Positions 17,221 through 24,207 of a stretch of 24,207 bases of DNA are shown here, one piece after another. The DNA is from a virus (Duplodnaviria; Caudoviricetes), in IMG/VR virus record IMGVR_UViG_3300022821_000112, positions 1 through 24,207 of that record, one strand, 5' to 3'. Both the position numbers and the translations under genes were made by a program. The notes beneath the pieces are model-generated. The model did not search any database, was not told where the DNA came from, and saw nothing but the letters and a program-made list of their open reading frames with translations. Within the stretch, counting starts at the first letter, position 1. Every line of letters starts with the position of its first letter.

Positions 17221-17658
17221 TCAGGCTCCTTTCTTTGCACACTCGGGGCCGATGCCGCTCGAGATGCTTTCGGGGTGGGTCAGGACGCGGTTGCAGCGGC
17301 AGCAGCGGCCCTCGTGGGCGATCGAGAGGCCCTCGGGGATGCTTCCCCGGTTGAGGTGCGCCCACGCCCAGCTGAAGGCTTTGAAGCTGGCTGCGTCGGG
17401 CTTACCTTTACGACCGGCGATCAGGCAGCTCTGGCCGTCTGCCTTGATGTGGCCGATGAAGGTGAACGCCTGCCAGTCGGTGTTGTCGGTGCCGCTCAGG
17501 ACGTTGACGAAGAAAGGCGAGGCTGTGCCGTCGTCATCCTTCTGGGAGACCTTGAAGGTGAAGTGCGCGCCGGTCTTCTCCGACTGCATCGTGAAGAGGG
17601 CCTTGCCCCCGGTGATGAAGCGGATGGCGTCTACTGCGGTCTCAAATGAATTTTCCAT
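17221..17658 (-). CDS. DUF6011 domain Zn-binding protein
   Basis: C-terminal HEGRCCRCNRVLTHPESISSGIGPECAKK; RBS AAGGAG. Confidence 0.8.
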   Translation of the reverse strand: MENSFETAVDAIRFITGGKALFTMQSEKTGAHFTFKVSQKDDDGTASPFFVNVLSGTDNTDWQAFTFIGHIKADGQSCLIAGRKGKPDAASFKAFSWAWAHLNRGSIPEGLSIAHEGRCCRCNRVLTHPESISSGIGPECAKKGA

Positions 17659-17659
17659 C

Positions 17660-17851
17660 TCAGAACTCCTTCACGATTACGAGGTTGCGGTCGGTGGCGC
17701 AGATCATGTCGTCCACGCTGTGCGTGAAGCGGATCCGCAGCTCACCTTCGCCGGGGCCGTGGCCTACTTCACTGACGCGGCCAGAGGCTTCGCGACCGGC
17801 GATCTGCATACCGGGCCAGATCTGGTGGGCTTTGAGGGTCTTGGTCTCCAT
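17660..17851 (-). CDS. Hypothetical protein (63 aa), first gene after promoter
   Basis: RBS CAGGAG then ATG at 17851 (METKTLKAHQIWPGM...). Confidence 0.6.
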   Translation of the reverse strand: METKTLKAHQIWPGMQIAGREASGRVSEVGHGPGEGELRIRFTHSVDDMICATDRNLVIVKEF

Positions 17852-17883
17852 GGTCTCTCTCCTGCGGGTTGCTGTACACATAG

Positions 17884-17911
17884 ATATAGTGTGTCAGCAG
17901 CTGATGTCAAG
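17884..17911 (-). promoter_or_regulatory. Sigma70-type early promoter CTTGAC-N16-CTATAT with palindromic spacer
   Basis: Minus strand CTTGAC ATCAGCTGCTGACACA CTATAT resembles the rhizobial RpoD consensus CTTGAC-N17-CTATAT; lies upstream of the accessory gene run. Confidence 0.75.
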
Positions 17912-18242
17912 GGGACGTATACAGGAGGCTGCGCCAGCGCGTCACGGATCGCATGTGGTTATGGGGTGACGTCGGTATGACAGTGTCGATCTCCTCGATC
18001 CACCCGATCGATTTTAGAGACTTAGGCCCGGAGACCCAGACGTTGTGGTGCAGGCCGTCAGGCAGGCGGATCTGTGAGAGGTCGCATGCCCGTTTAAACA
18101 GGTCGCCGGTCACGTCAGGTTGGCTCAGGAGGAGCGCCTCCGACACAGCGAGGTATTGCGCCACGAAAGCAGGGGACGCCTCCATAGCGCGCGCCCAGCA
18201 GCGTTCTCCCAGCAGCATCGCGTTGTCCATACGTTCGCTCAT
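17907..18242 (-). CDS. Hypothetical phage protein (111 aa)
   Basis: RBS AAGGAG plus ATG; follows the polymerase; H.N.W and W.S motifs. Confidence 0.65.
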   Translation of the reverse strand: MSERMDNAMLLGERCWARAMEASPAFVAQYLAVSEALLLSQPDVTGDLFKRACDLSQIRLPDGLHHNVWVSGPKSLKSIGWIEEIDTVIPTSPHNHMRSVTRWRSLLYTSP

Positions 18243-18264
18243 CGCTCAATCTCCTTGTTGGGGT

Positions 18265-20088
18265 TTATTCCAGCTCGCCCCAGCTGGGGCCGTAGCCGCC
18301 TTCGACCAGCTTGTCGATGGGCGCATCGGGGAACACGTCGAGGTAGCCTGCGGTCATGTCCGCATCCATCAGGCGGAGCACGCGGGGCGCGTCTCGCTTC
18401 TCCGTCTCGTCGATCAGGGCGTCGTGGATGTTCGACAGGAACAACGTGCCCTTCAGCTTACCGGCGGCGCGCTGCTCGTCGAGGGTGTTCTTGTGCCGGG
18501 TGATGGCGAACGCGATGCACGACAGTGCGGCGCGCTGCACCGGGTAGTTGGCGCACTTCGGCATCTCCGGGTTCTTGCCCATGTAGATGGTGCCGCCGTC
18601 GACGACGCGGATGTAGCGCGACGCCTGCGCCTCCGCCATCATAATGTTGCGGTAATCGAACGCGCGGGGATAGCGATCGGCCCAGAAGTCGATGTAGCCA
18701 CTCGCCTTGCCGACGCTGGTACGCATCGTGGAGGCGAGGCCGCTGGCACCGGCGCCGTAGATGATGCCGAAGGAGACGCCCTTAGCCGCCTGCCGCAGGC
18801 GCTTGCCCGCCGTCGTGGATCTGTCGATCGGTTTACCGGCGATGACGGCGGCGACCTCGGAATGAACATCGCCGTTCAGGATGTCATCCATCAGCTGCGG
18901 ATCGTCGGCCAGCAGGGCGAGCATCCGCATCTCGATACCGCTGTAATCGAGGGAGGCGAGAACGCGTGCAATCTGGCGTTTCCGCTCCTCGACGATCTGC
19001 GCGACGAACGACGTGCGGACGCTGGTCTCCTCGCCGAGTAGCTCATTGTCGCGTGGTGTCTGCTGCAGGTTGGGACCGGAGCACGAGAAGCGGACCGTCT
19101 TGGCAGCACCTATGTTGTAGCGCGCGTGGATCCGGCCATCGTCGGCCAGCCGGGCCATGGTCGACAGGTTGTAGCCGAAGCTCGATATGTACTTCGAGAT
19201 CTTCTTGTAGTCGGCCAGACCATCGAAGAATGTCTCGAGGGGAGTGTCCGGCACGGTACCGGCGAGCATACGCAGGACCTCTGACTTCATCGACAGCTGC
19301 CCGGTCTTCTCCGTGCGGGGCCAACCGCCGAGGAACGTGTCCGGCATATTGGTGGCAAAATAATTCGACCACTGCATGTCCGAATTTATGTTGGCGACCT
19401 CGTCGTCACCGACGAGCGTGCGGATGAGTTTGATCTTCTCCTGCTGCACCACCACCCACTTGGCGACGAGCTTATCGTGCCGGTCGGCGTCGAGGAGCAT
19501 TCCGTTGGTCTGCATCTCCATCACCGCCGGGACCATATTGTTGATCATATGGAAGGCGCGCCAGCGGCCCTCGTCGCACTGGGCGGACCAGTGCTCGTAC
19601 AGGGACCATGTGTGGACACTGTCATCCATGGCGTAGTCGAGCTGCGACTTCGTCAGCTTCTTGACGGACCAGTCCGACCGCTGCTCCTCCTTATTCATCT
19701 CGATGTCGAGATCCCACAGGACGAGCTGCTTCAGGCTGTAGGATCCGCCGCCGAGGATGGCTTTGCGGATGTAGGCGACATCCCAGATGACCGGCGCCGT
19801 CCCGGCGTCGTGGAACCAACTCAGCTCGAACCCGGCGTTGAAGACAACCCAGATGCCGCGCGCCTCGAACAGGTGGGCGCATGCTTTGAAGCCCCCCCGG
19901 ATCCGGTTGAAGTCGACGAGGTATCGACGGCTCTTATTCGCGAGGGTGACGAGGCGGACCTTGCCGTGTTTTGGGTACAGAGAGGTGGTCTCGAAGTCGA
20001 GCGCAGCCGGGCCGGACCGCGCTAACGCAGCGATGGCGGTCGTCAGCGCCTTCTTGGTTGACAGTATCGCGTATTTCTTGGTACTCAT
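18265..20088 (-). CDS. Phage DNA polymerase, family A, with 3'-5' exonuclease and no 5'-3' exonuclease
   Basis: ExoI DFETT, ExoII FNAGFE, ExoIII YAMDD; PNLQQ; motif A DYSGIEMRMLA; motif B RQAAKGVSFGIIYG; motif C IHDALI. Confidence 0.95.
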   Translation of the reverse strand: MSTKKYAILSTKKALTTAIAALARSGPAALDFETTSLYPKHGKVRLVTLANKSRRYLVDFNRIRGGFKACAHLFEARGIWVVFNAGFELSWFHDAGTAPVIWDVAYIRKAILGGGSYSLKQLVLWDLDIEMNKEEQRSDWSVKKLTKSQLDYAMDDSVHTWSLYEHWSAQCDEGRWRAFHMINNMVPAVMEMQTNGMLLDADRHDKLVAKWVVVQQEKIKLIRTLVGDDEVANINSDMQWSNYFATNMPDTFLGGWPRTEKTGQLSMKSEVLRMLAGTVPDTPLETFFDGLADYKKISKYISSFGYNLSTMARLADDGRIHARYNIGAAKTVRFSCSGPNLQQTPRDNELLGEETSVRTSFVAQIVEERKRQIARVLASLDYSGIEMRMLALLADDPQLMDDILNGDVHSEVAAVIAGKPIDRSTTAGKRLRQAAKGVSFGIIYGAGASGLASTMRTSVGKASGYIDFWADRYPRAFDYRNIMMAEAQASRYIRVVDGGTIYMGKNPEMPKCANYPVQRAALSCIAFAITRHKNTLDEQRAAGKLKGTLFLSNIHDALIDETEKRDAPRVLRLMDADMTAGYLDVFPDAPIDKLVEGGYGPSWGELE

Positions 20089-20130
20089 AATGCGTCAAAC
20101 CTCCCCAAATCCTGTGTACATGTGACCCGT

Positions 20131-20168
20131 TAAAGAACTAGGCCCCGCCGAGAGATCGGCGGGGCCTA
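20131..20168 (-). terminator. Stem-loop terminator/attenuator between SSB-like gene and DNA polymerase
   Basis: Perfect 13-bp stem TAGGCCCCGCCGA-gaga-TCGGCGGGGCCTA (20139-20168), followed on the - strand by imperfect U-tract GTTCTTT. Confidence 0.8.
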
Positions 20169-20179
20169 ATTCTGTCAGG

Positions 20180-20923
20180 CTACTTGCGTGCCCGTTTCGC
20201 CGCAGGCTTCTTAGCCGCAGGCTTCTTCTTCGCCGCAGGCTTCTTGCTCGCCTTCGGCACGTCATCTCCGTCGATCAGCGCACCGAGGTCGTAGTCGACA
20301 TCCGCATCGAGGTACGCGTTGACCTCGTCGCGGGTCACCCACGCGTCGACATTGAGGACCGGCTTCTGGTTACCGTTGTCGTCGAAGACGACAGCGGCGA
20401 GCGTGATGACGGGCAGCTCAGGTTCACCGGCACCCATGCGGGCGGCAATCTGCGCCATCATGTCGGAGAACGCATTGCGACCGGAGATGCTCGACAGGGT
20501 GAACTTCACGTTCTCGTGCATCGCAGAGCACTGCACCATACCGAAGCCGAGCAGCCTCGACCAACCCTCGCCCTTCTTCTCGTTGTAGGGACCGTGGTCC
20601 TTGAGGGTGTCCTCGTCGATGCTGTCGCGATCGCGCGTGTAGATCGACCACTCGTGACGCTCGATCGGCTTGCTGCCCTTCCAGCAGATGTGGCCTTCGA
20701 GGAATGTCTGCGGCTCAATGATGAACCGCTGTTCCGGGTCGACAACGTCCTTGTTCTTACCCATGGCGTAGATGCCGGATTTACCGGAGAAGGTAAGGTA
20801 GTTGACGTTACCACCACTGCCTGTGGACTGCTCGTCCGACGTGGTGGAGAGAGCGGCGGCCATGTCGGCATTCGAGAGTGCCGGGAGGTTGGCCGTTTTG
20901 AGGTGGGCTGTGAGTGCGTTCAT
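20180..20923 (-). CDS. Probable ssDNA-binding/replication accessory protein with basic KKPAA-repeat tail
   Basis: Lies between exonuclease and PolA; aromatic motifs YLTF..K.G, GHICWK, GP...GW, LP.I.L, P.L.V..W; strong RBS AAGGAGG. Confidence 0.55.
   Translation of the reverse strand: MNALTAHLKTANLPALSNADMAAALSTTSDEQSTGSGGNVNYLTFSGKSGIYAMGKNKDVVDPEQRFIIEPQTFLEGHICWKGSKPIERHEWSIYTRDRDSIDEDTLKDHGPYNEKKGEGWSRLLGFGMVQCSAMHENVKFTLSSISGRNAFSDMMAQIAARMGAGEPELPVITLAAVVFDDNGNQKPVLNVDAWVTRDEVNAYLDADVDYDLGALIDGDDVPKASKKPAAKKKPAAKKPAAKRARK
20199..20245 (-). repeat. Three copies of gccgcaggcttctt encoding KKPAA
   Basis: Copies at 20199-20212, 20214-20227 and 20232-20245. Confidence 0.9.
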
Positions 20924-20944
20924 TTGAAATGTCCTCCTTCAGGA

Positions 20945-21952
20945 TCACGTTACACGTTTCACATTGAGGGTCGTCGAGGCGGCCCCCGATATTTCGTAGA
21001 TCTCGAGGTCGAGACCCACGTCGCTCGCCGCTGCCTTCGCGCCTTTTTTGTCAAAGCGTTTGGACACCGATGTGGTGATTGATACCTCGATATCACCGAC
21101 ATTGAATTTCGTTGTTTTGCGTTTCGCCAGCTCCTCGAGGATCTGCTGCTTCAGCTCGGCGAGGCGATCCTCCGCTGCCTTGCCGTTCTCTTTTATCTGC
21201 AGGTACTCGATGGCGACGGCGTCGAACTTGGATCCTTTGTTGCCTCTCTTGCGAGGCGCCGCATCGATCTCCGTCACGCCGCATGTCAGGCGGAAGGCAC
21301 ACGTCCGGCACTCCTTACCGCCGTCCTTCGTCAGGCCCTCACGGTCGAGGCGGTCGACCTTCTTGGTACGCATGATCTTCTTGCCGCGCAGATCATGCGT
21401 CTCGGTCAGGATGTTCCGGTCGCGATCGATGGGGAACTCGATGATGTCGTCGAAGTTTGATGCATCCATGTAGGTGAGGATCCCGGAGCGGACCTTGCCT
21501 TTGTATTCATCGCTCTTATCAATCAGCTCCATCGCGATCTGCAGCTGCTTCACATGCTTGGCCTGGGGCAGGTTGCGTTTGTTCGTGCGCGGATCGCTCG
21601 TCTTGAACTCCGGCACGATGACGTGGTCGCCGTAGTTGATGACACCGTCCGGCGTCGCTGAGTTCAAGGTCGCCTTGTCCTGCAGACTGAGCTGCTCGTC
21701 GCCGGTGTGCTCGATCGGCAGGTTGGTGCGTGCGAGAGCCTCGGTGATGTACCGCTCTCCTGCGTGCCCCCGGCGGGCGTAGCCCCACTCCTGCGGCTCC
21801 TCCGCCTCCGGCTGGTGCTTCATGTACCACTGGCGGCGGATACATGTGTAAGCCTCGCTGGCGTTGATCCACGCCCGGCGCTTCTCCGGGTCTAAGGCAC
21901 GCTCGGCGTCGATGATGGTCATTCCGGTGATTACGTTTTCTTGGATGGTCAC
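20945..21952 (-). CDS. Cas4-like PD-(D/E)xK exonuclease with four-Cys (Fe-S) staple and C-terminal coiled-coil extension
   Basis: SE...C.R..WY, RGH..E, ATPDG, EFKT, QLQ..M, ECRTCAFRLTC; GTG start after GAGGAG. Confidence 0.85.
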   Translation of the reverse strand: MTIQENVITGMTIIDAERALDPEKRRAWINASEAYTCIRRQWYMKHQPEAEEPQEWGYARRGHAGERYITEALARTNLPIEHTGDEQLSLQDKATLNSATPDGVINYGDHVIVPEFKTSDPRTNKRNLPQAKHVKQLQIAMELIDKSDEYKGKVRSGILTYMDASNFDDIIEFPIDRDRNILTETHDLRGKKIMRTKKVDRLDREGLTKDGGKECRTCAFRLTCGVTEIDAAPRKRGNKGSKFDAVAIEYLQIKENGKAAEDRLAELKQQILEELAKRKTTKFNVGDIEVSITTSVSKRFDKKGAKAAASDVGLDLEIYEISGAASTTLNVKRVT

Positions 21953-21978
21953 TTGTGGTCTCCTCGTGCTGGGTTGCT

Positions 21979-22007
21979 GTTATGACGGGTCAGGCGCTGA
22001 TAGTCAA
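21979..22007 (-). promoter_or_regulatory. Putative promoter TTGACT-N17-CATAAC for the exonuclease-SSB-PolA operon
   Basis: Minus strand TTGACT ATCAGCGCCTGACCCGT CATAAC in the intergenic gap upstream of RBS GAGGAG. Confidence 0.6.
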
Positions 22008-22509
22008 TTAAAATTGAAGTTCGCCCACAAGCTCGTGAGCCATGTACATGAAGTCGGGGCCAATGCCACCGGCGCCGTCGGTGTAGTGACCGAGCAGGAT
22101 GCCCTGCAGGACACTCAGCTGGTACCGGTTCTCCCGGTCCAACTCGAGGGCCTCGGTCGGCAGGGGGCCGTGCGGCTCGTCGCCGTATATGAATACTTTC
22201 ATCGCCCGTGCTCCTGCCACATGACGGCGTTGCACCGGAAGTGGACGGCACCCTCAGTGAGGCCCGTATCGTGGTCGTGCTGGAGATGTATGGGGTGCTT
22301 CTGGAACCCCTTCGGGAACCGGTCCCAGTGAATAAGAGTGTTTGCGATACGCGCAGGCGGGTCCGCGTCGAGACGGCAGGCGCACCAGAAGCACATACCG
22401 TCTTGGCGCTTGATATACTCCTGCCGGACAACCGCGCGCTGATAGCGGGACAGGTCGTCGTACATGGCGGGTAGGGCTATGATGTGGTGGGTCAGGCGCT
22501 GATAGTCAA
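21987..22509 (-). repeat. 21-bp exact direct repeat TTGACTATCAGCGCCTGACCC, copies 21987-22007 and 22489-22509
   Basis: + strand gggtcaggcgctgatagtcaa is identical at both sites, 502 bp apart. Confidence 0.95.
22008..22202 (-). CDS. Small acidic hypothetical protein (64 aa) coupled to the EndoVII-like gene
   Basis: GGAG then ATG at 22202, ATGA overlap with upstream stop; TAA abuts the 21-bp repeat. Confidence 0.55.
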   Translation of the reverse strand: MKVFIYGDEPHGPLPTEALELDRENRYQLSVLQGILLGHYTDGAGGIGPDFMYMAHELVGELQF

Positions 22510-22879
22510 CACTACCTACCCCCTGATCTCGAATGTCTCCGGGTTGCGAGGCGTCGACGATTGCCGAGTTGACTACTTTGAGGTTGAGTATGCGTAGCTG
22601 CTGGGGAACCTGCTTCACCGCCTTGGCGCATATCTGCTGTACGCGCGCAGTGGATATCCCCAGCATCCGGGCAATACTCGCCTGTGTGCGCCCCGCCATG
22701 TACTGCGAAACTATATACCGGTTACGCGCCCGCCTCGGGCGAGGGGATGGACCCCGGAGCGCCTTCGCCTTTGCAGGCGGCCTCGGTAAAACATAGGGTA
22801 CGCTTTTAGGTGGTTTCGGGTACTTCGGTCGCGCGTGCCGCTTGGCGGCCTCGTAGAGGGCGTCTGCCGGATCCGTCAT
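22199..22879 (-). CDS. HTH DNA-binding domain fused to recombination-endonuclease-VII-like (His-Me) nuclease; nuclease may also start at ATG 22465
   Basis: HTH RNRYIVSQYMAGRTQASIARMLGISTARVQQI; nuclease QDGMCFWC...HLQHDHDTGLTEGAVHFRCNA. Confidence 0.7.
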   Translation of the reverse strand: MTDPADALYEAAKRHARPKYPKPPKSVPYVLPRPPAKAKALRGPSPRPRRARNRYIVSQYMAGRTQASIARMLGISTARVQQICAKAVKQVPQQLRILNLKVVNSAIVDASQPGDIRDQGVGSVDYQRLTHHIIALPAMYDDLSRYQRAVVRQEYIKRQDGMCFWCACRLDADPPARIANTLIHWDRFPKGFQKHPIHLQHDHDTGLTEGAVHFRCNAVMWQEHGR

Positions 22880-23250
22880 GACGCGGCCTCACTGAAACTC
22901 GGGTGCTGGTTCTTCATGTGCGCGGCGAGCTGCTTGAAGGTTCTGTTGCAGCAGGGGCAGACACCGGCGGCGCTCCGCCTCTTCATCTTGGTGACCTGCC
23001 CTTTCGCGGCGGCGGTGCGGCGGCGCTCGGCGTCGAGGTCTTCCCGGTGCCGGTCATGCAGCTCGGCTTGTTTCTGCTTCAGGCGGTCGCGCTCGCGCCG
23101 GAGCTTCTCGGTTTCCCCTTCGCCGAAGGTGAGGTAGTGACCGTTGGGGCAATGAAATGCGTCGCCGTCTTTTCGCCGGGCGGCGATGTAGGGCGACGGG
23201 GCGCTGAATAATATTCCGCACTCGGCGCAGGTCTGGTTCTCTTGGGTCAT
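22876..23250 (-). CDS. Zn-finger/coiled-coil/C2H2 Zn-finger protein
   Basis: CAECG...FHCPNGH; coiled coil; GVCPCCNRTFKQLAAHMKNQH; ATGA overlaps at both ends. Confidence 0.75.
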   Translation of the reverse strand: MTQENQTCAECGILFSAPSPYIAARRKDGDAFHCPNGHYLTFGEGETEKLRRERDRLKQKQAELHDRHREDLDAERRRTAAAKGQVTKMKRRSAAGVCPCCNRTFKQLAAHMKNQHPSFSEAAS

Positions 23251-24206
23251 GATGCGGTCTCCATCAGGTGGTCGAGGTTGCGATCGGAGGCGCCGGTGAG
23301 CTTCGCGTGCTCCGCCGCCTTCGTCGCCGAGATCCGCGACAGCGCGTCGTCGATCTGGTTGTCGTGGCGGTACGTGTTGATGTGGACGTGCCGCTCCTGA
23401 CCCATGCGGTACAGCCGCGCGTAGAACTGATCCATAATCGCCGGTGACCAGTCGCTCTCGATCACCTCGACGCGGTTGCCGCCCTGCTGCAGGTTGATCG
23501 CGACGCCCATGGCAGAGATCTGCCCGATGATGCCGTCCAACTCACCGGCGTTGAAGGCACGCTCGATCTCTGTGCGCTTCTTCGCGGAGGTGGATCCGTC
23601 GAGGATCTCGAACGTCGGCAGTAATGTCTTCAGCCCGTGCAGGACTGACGTGTGCCACCCGCCAATCAGGACGGGGCCGTTGCCATCCTCGATCAGCTCG
23701 CTGACAATCTGCGCGAAGGCTTTTACCTTGCCCTCACCGATCAGGCGACGGATCGTCGCGAGGACAGGATCCTGTCGCTTCGCCAGGGCGTCGATCTGGT
23801 CTGCGGGGATCTTGCGGAGGGCGCCCAGCGCATCCTTCAGCTCAGGTGTCATCGAGAGGCCGATCGGCAGCTCGGTCTGCGTCAGGGGCGGCATGGCCTC
23901 CCACACCTCCGCCAGAGAGCGGCTGATCGCCGCCGGGCTGTCGCCGCCGTAGACGACATCACCCAGCTCCTCCGTGCGGAGGTTACCGACGACGGTCTTC
24001 GTCGCGTACTTCTGATACGAGGAGTAGCGTTTCATCTGGGTGACGGTGTAGCGCAGGGTGAATTTATCGAACGACAGGCCGCCTGTCTTTTCCTTCAGGC
24101 CGTCGGGGTTGGCGTGGCACAGGAAGGGGAAGAGATCATCATTCCAGCGTGTCGTCGGTGTGCCCGTCAGCAACCACGCCCAGCCGTCATCCTTCGTGAC
24201 TGAAGA
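23247..24206 (-). CDS. SNF2-like superfamily 2 helicase, C-terminal part (5'-truncated by window)
   Basis: Frame open to the window edge; motif III WLLTGTP, LDGST...R...F, motif V GVAINLQ, DWSP..MDQFYARLYRMGQ (motif VI). Confidence 0.9.
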   Translation of the reverse strand, partial: SSVTKDDGWAWLLTGTPTTRWNDDLFPFLCHANPDGLKEKTGGLSFDKFTLRYTVTQMKRYSSYQKYATKTVVGNLRTEELGDVVYGGDSPAAISRSLAEVWEAMPPLTQTELPIGLSMTPELKDALGALRKIPADQIDALAKRQDPVLATIRRLIGEGKVKAFAQIVSELIEDGNGPVLIGGWHTSVLHGLKTLLPTFEILDGSTSAKKRTEIERAFNAGELDGIIGQISAMGVAINLQQGGNRVEVIESDWSPAIMDQFYARLYRMGQERHVHINTYRHDNQIDDALSRISATKAAEHAKLTGASDRNLDHLMETAS

Positions 24207-24207
24207 G

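Noticed and set aside
15236-20088. Z-genome (2-aminoadenine) system from divergent PolA plus pyrophosphohydrolase-like gene
   Set aside because: No PurZ or DatZ-like gene in the window; DpoZ membership cannot be judged without a phylogeny.
21949-22431. 160-aa ORF as an independent gene
   Set aside because: Overlaps two better-supported genes in other frames; only its last ~18 codons appear meaningful, as the putative ancestral HTH C-terminus.
20945-22509. CRISPR-Cas locus suggested by the Cas4-like gene and nearby repeats
   Set aside because: Only two repeat copies 502 bp apart, no spacer periodicity and no other cas genes.
17206-24203. Plus-strand ORFs over the minus-strand arm (e.g. 17252-17980, 17953-19041, 23652-24203)
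   Set aside because: Antisense to well-supported genes (DUF6011, PolA, helicase).
1-24207. tRNA, integrase or att site
   Set aside because: No cloverleaf/T-loop signature or recombinase motif recognised; lifestyle cannot be determined from this window.

Overview
This window is part of a GC-rich tailed-phage (or prophage) genome, probably podovirus-like and infecting an alphaproteobacterium. Two gene arms converge on a bidirectional terminator at ~14.6 kb. The + arm (1-14.5 kb) is virion and lysis related: the end of a probable internal virion protein, a 2614-aa polyvalent ejection-type protein (ADP-ribosyltransferase, glycosylase-like and HExxH metallopeptidase-like modules), a T7-type tail-fibre adaptor, a mosaic lectin-rich fibre/spike, a DUF4376 protein, and three membrane/holin-like genes with no endolysin. 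The - arm (14.6-24.2 kb) is early and replication related: SNF2-type helicase (partial), Zn-finger protein, HTH-EndoVII fusion, Cas4-like exonuclease, SSB-like protein, family A DNA polymerase and a run of small accessory genes. Main observations: (1) a phage-encoded PEP-CTERM/VPxP-CTERM exosortase substrate; (2) accessory genes bracketed by direct repeats that are themselves promoters or RBSs, including a 502-bp nuclease cassette whose removal restores a coupled ancestral gene junction; (3) a shared promoter/operator motif; (4) near-total GANTC avoidance; (5) enzyme cassettes bounded by L-x-Q in the giant protein. All calls come from manual motif reading; no searches were run.
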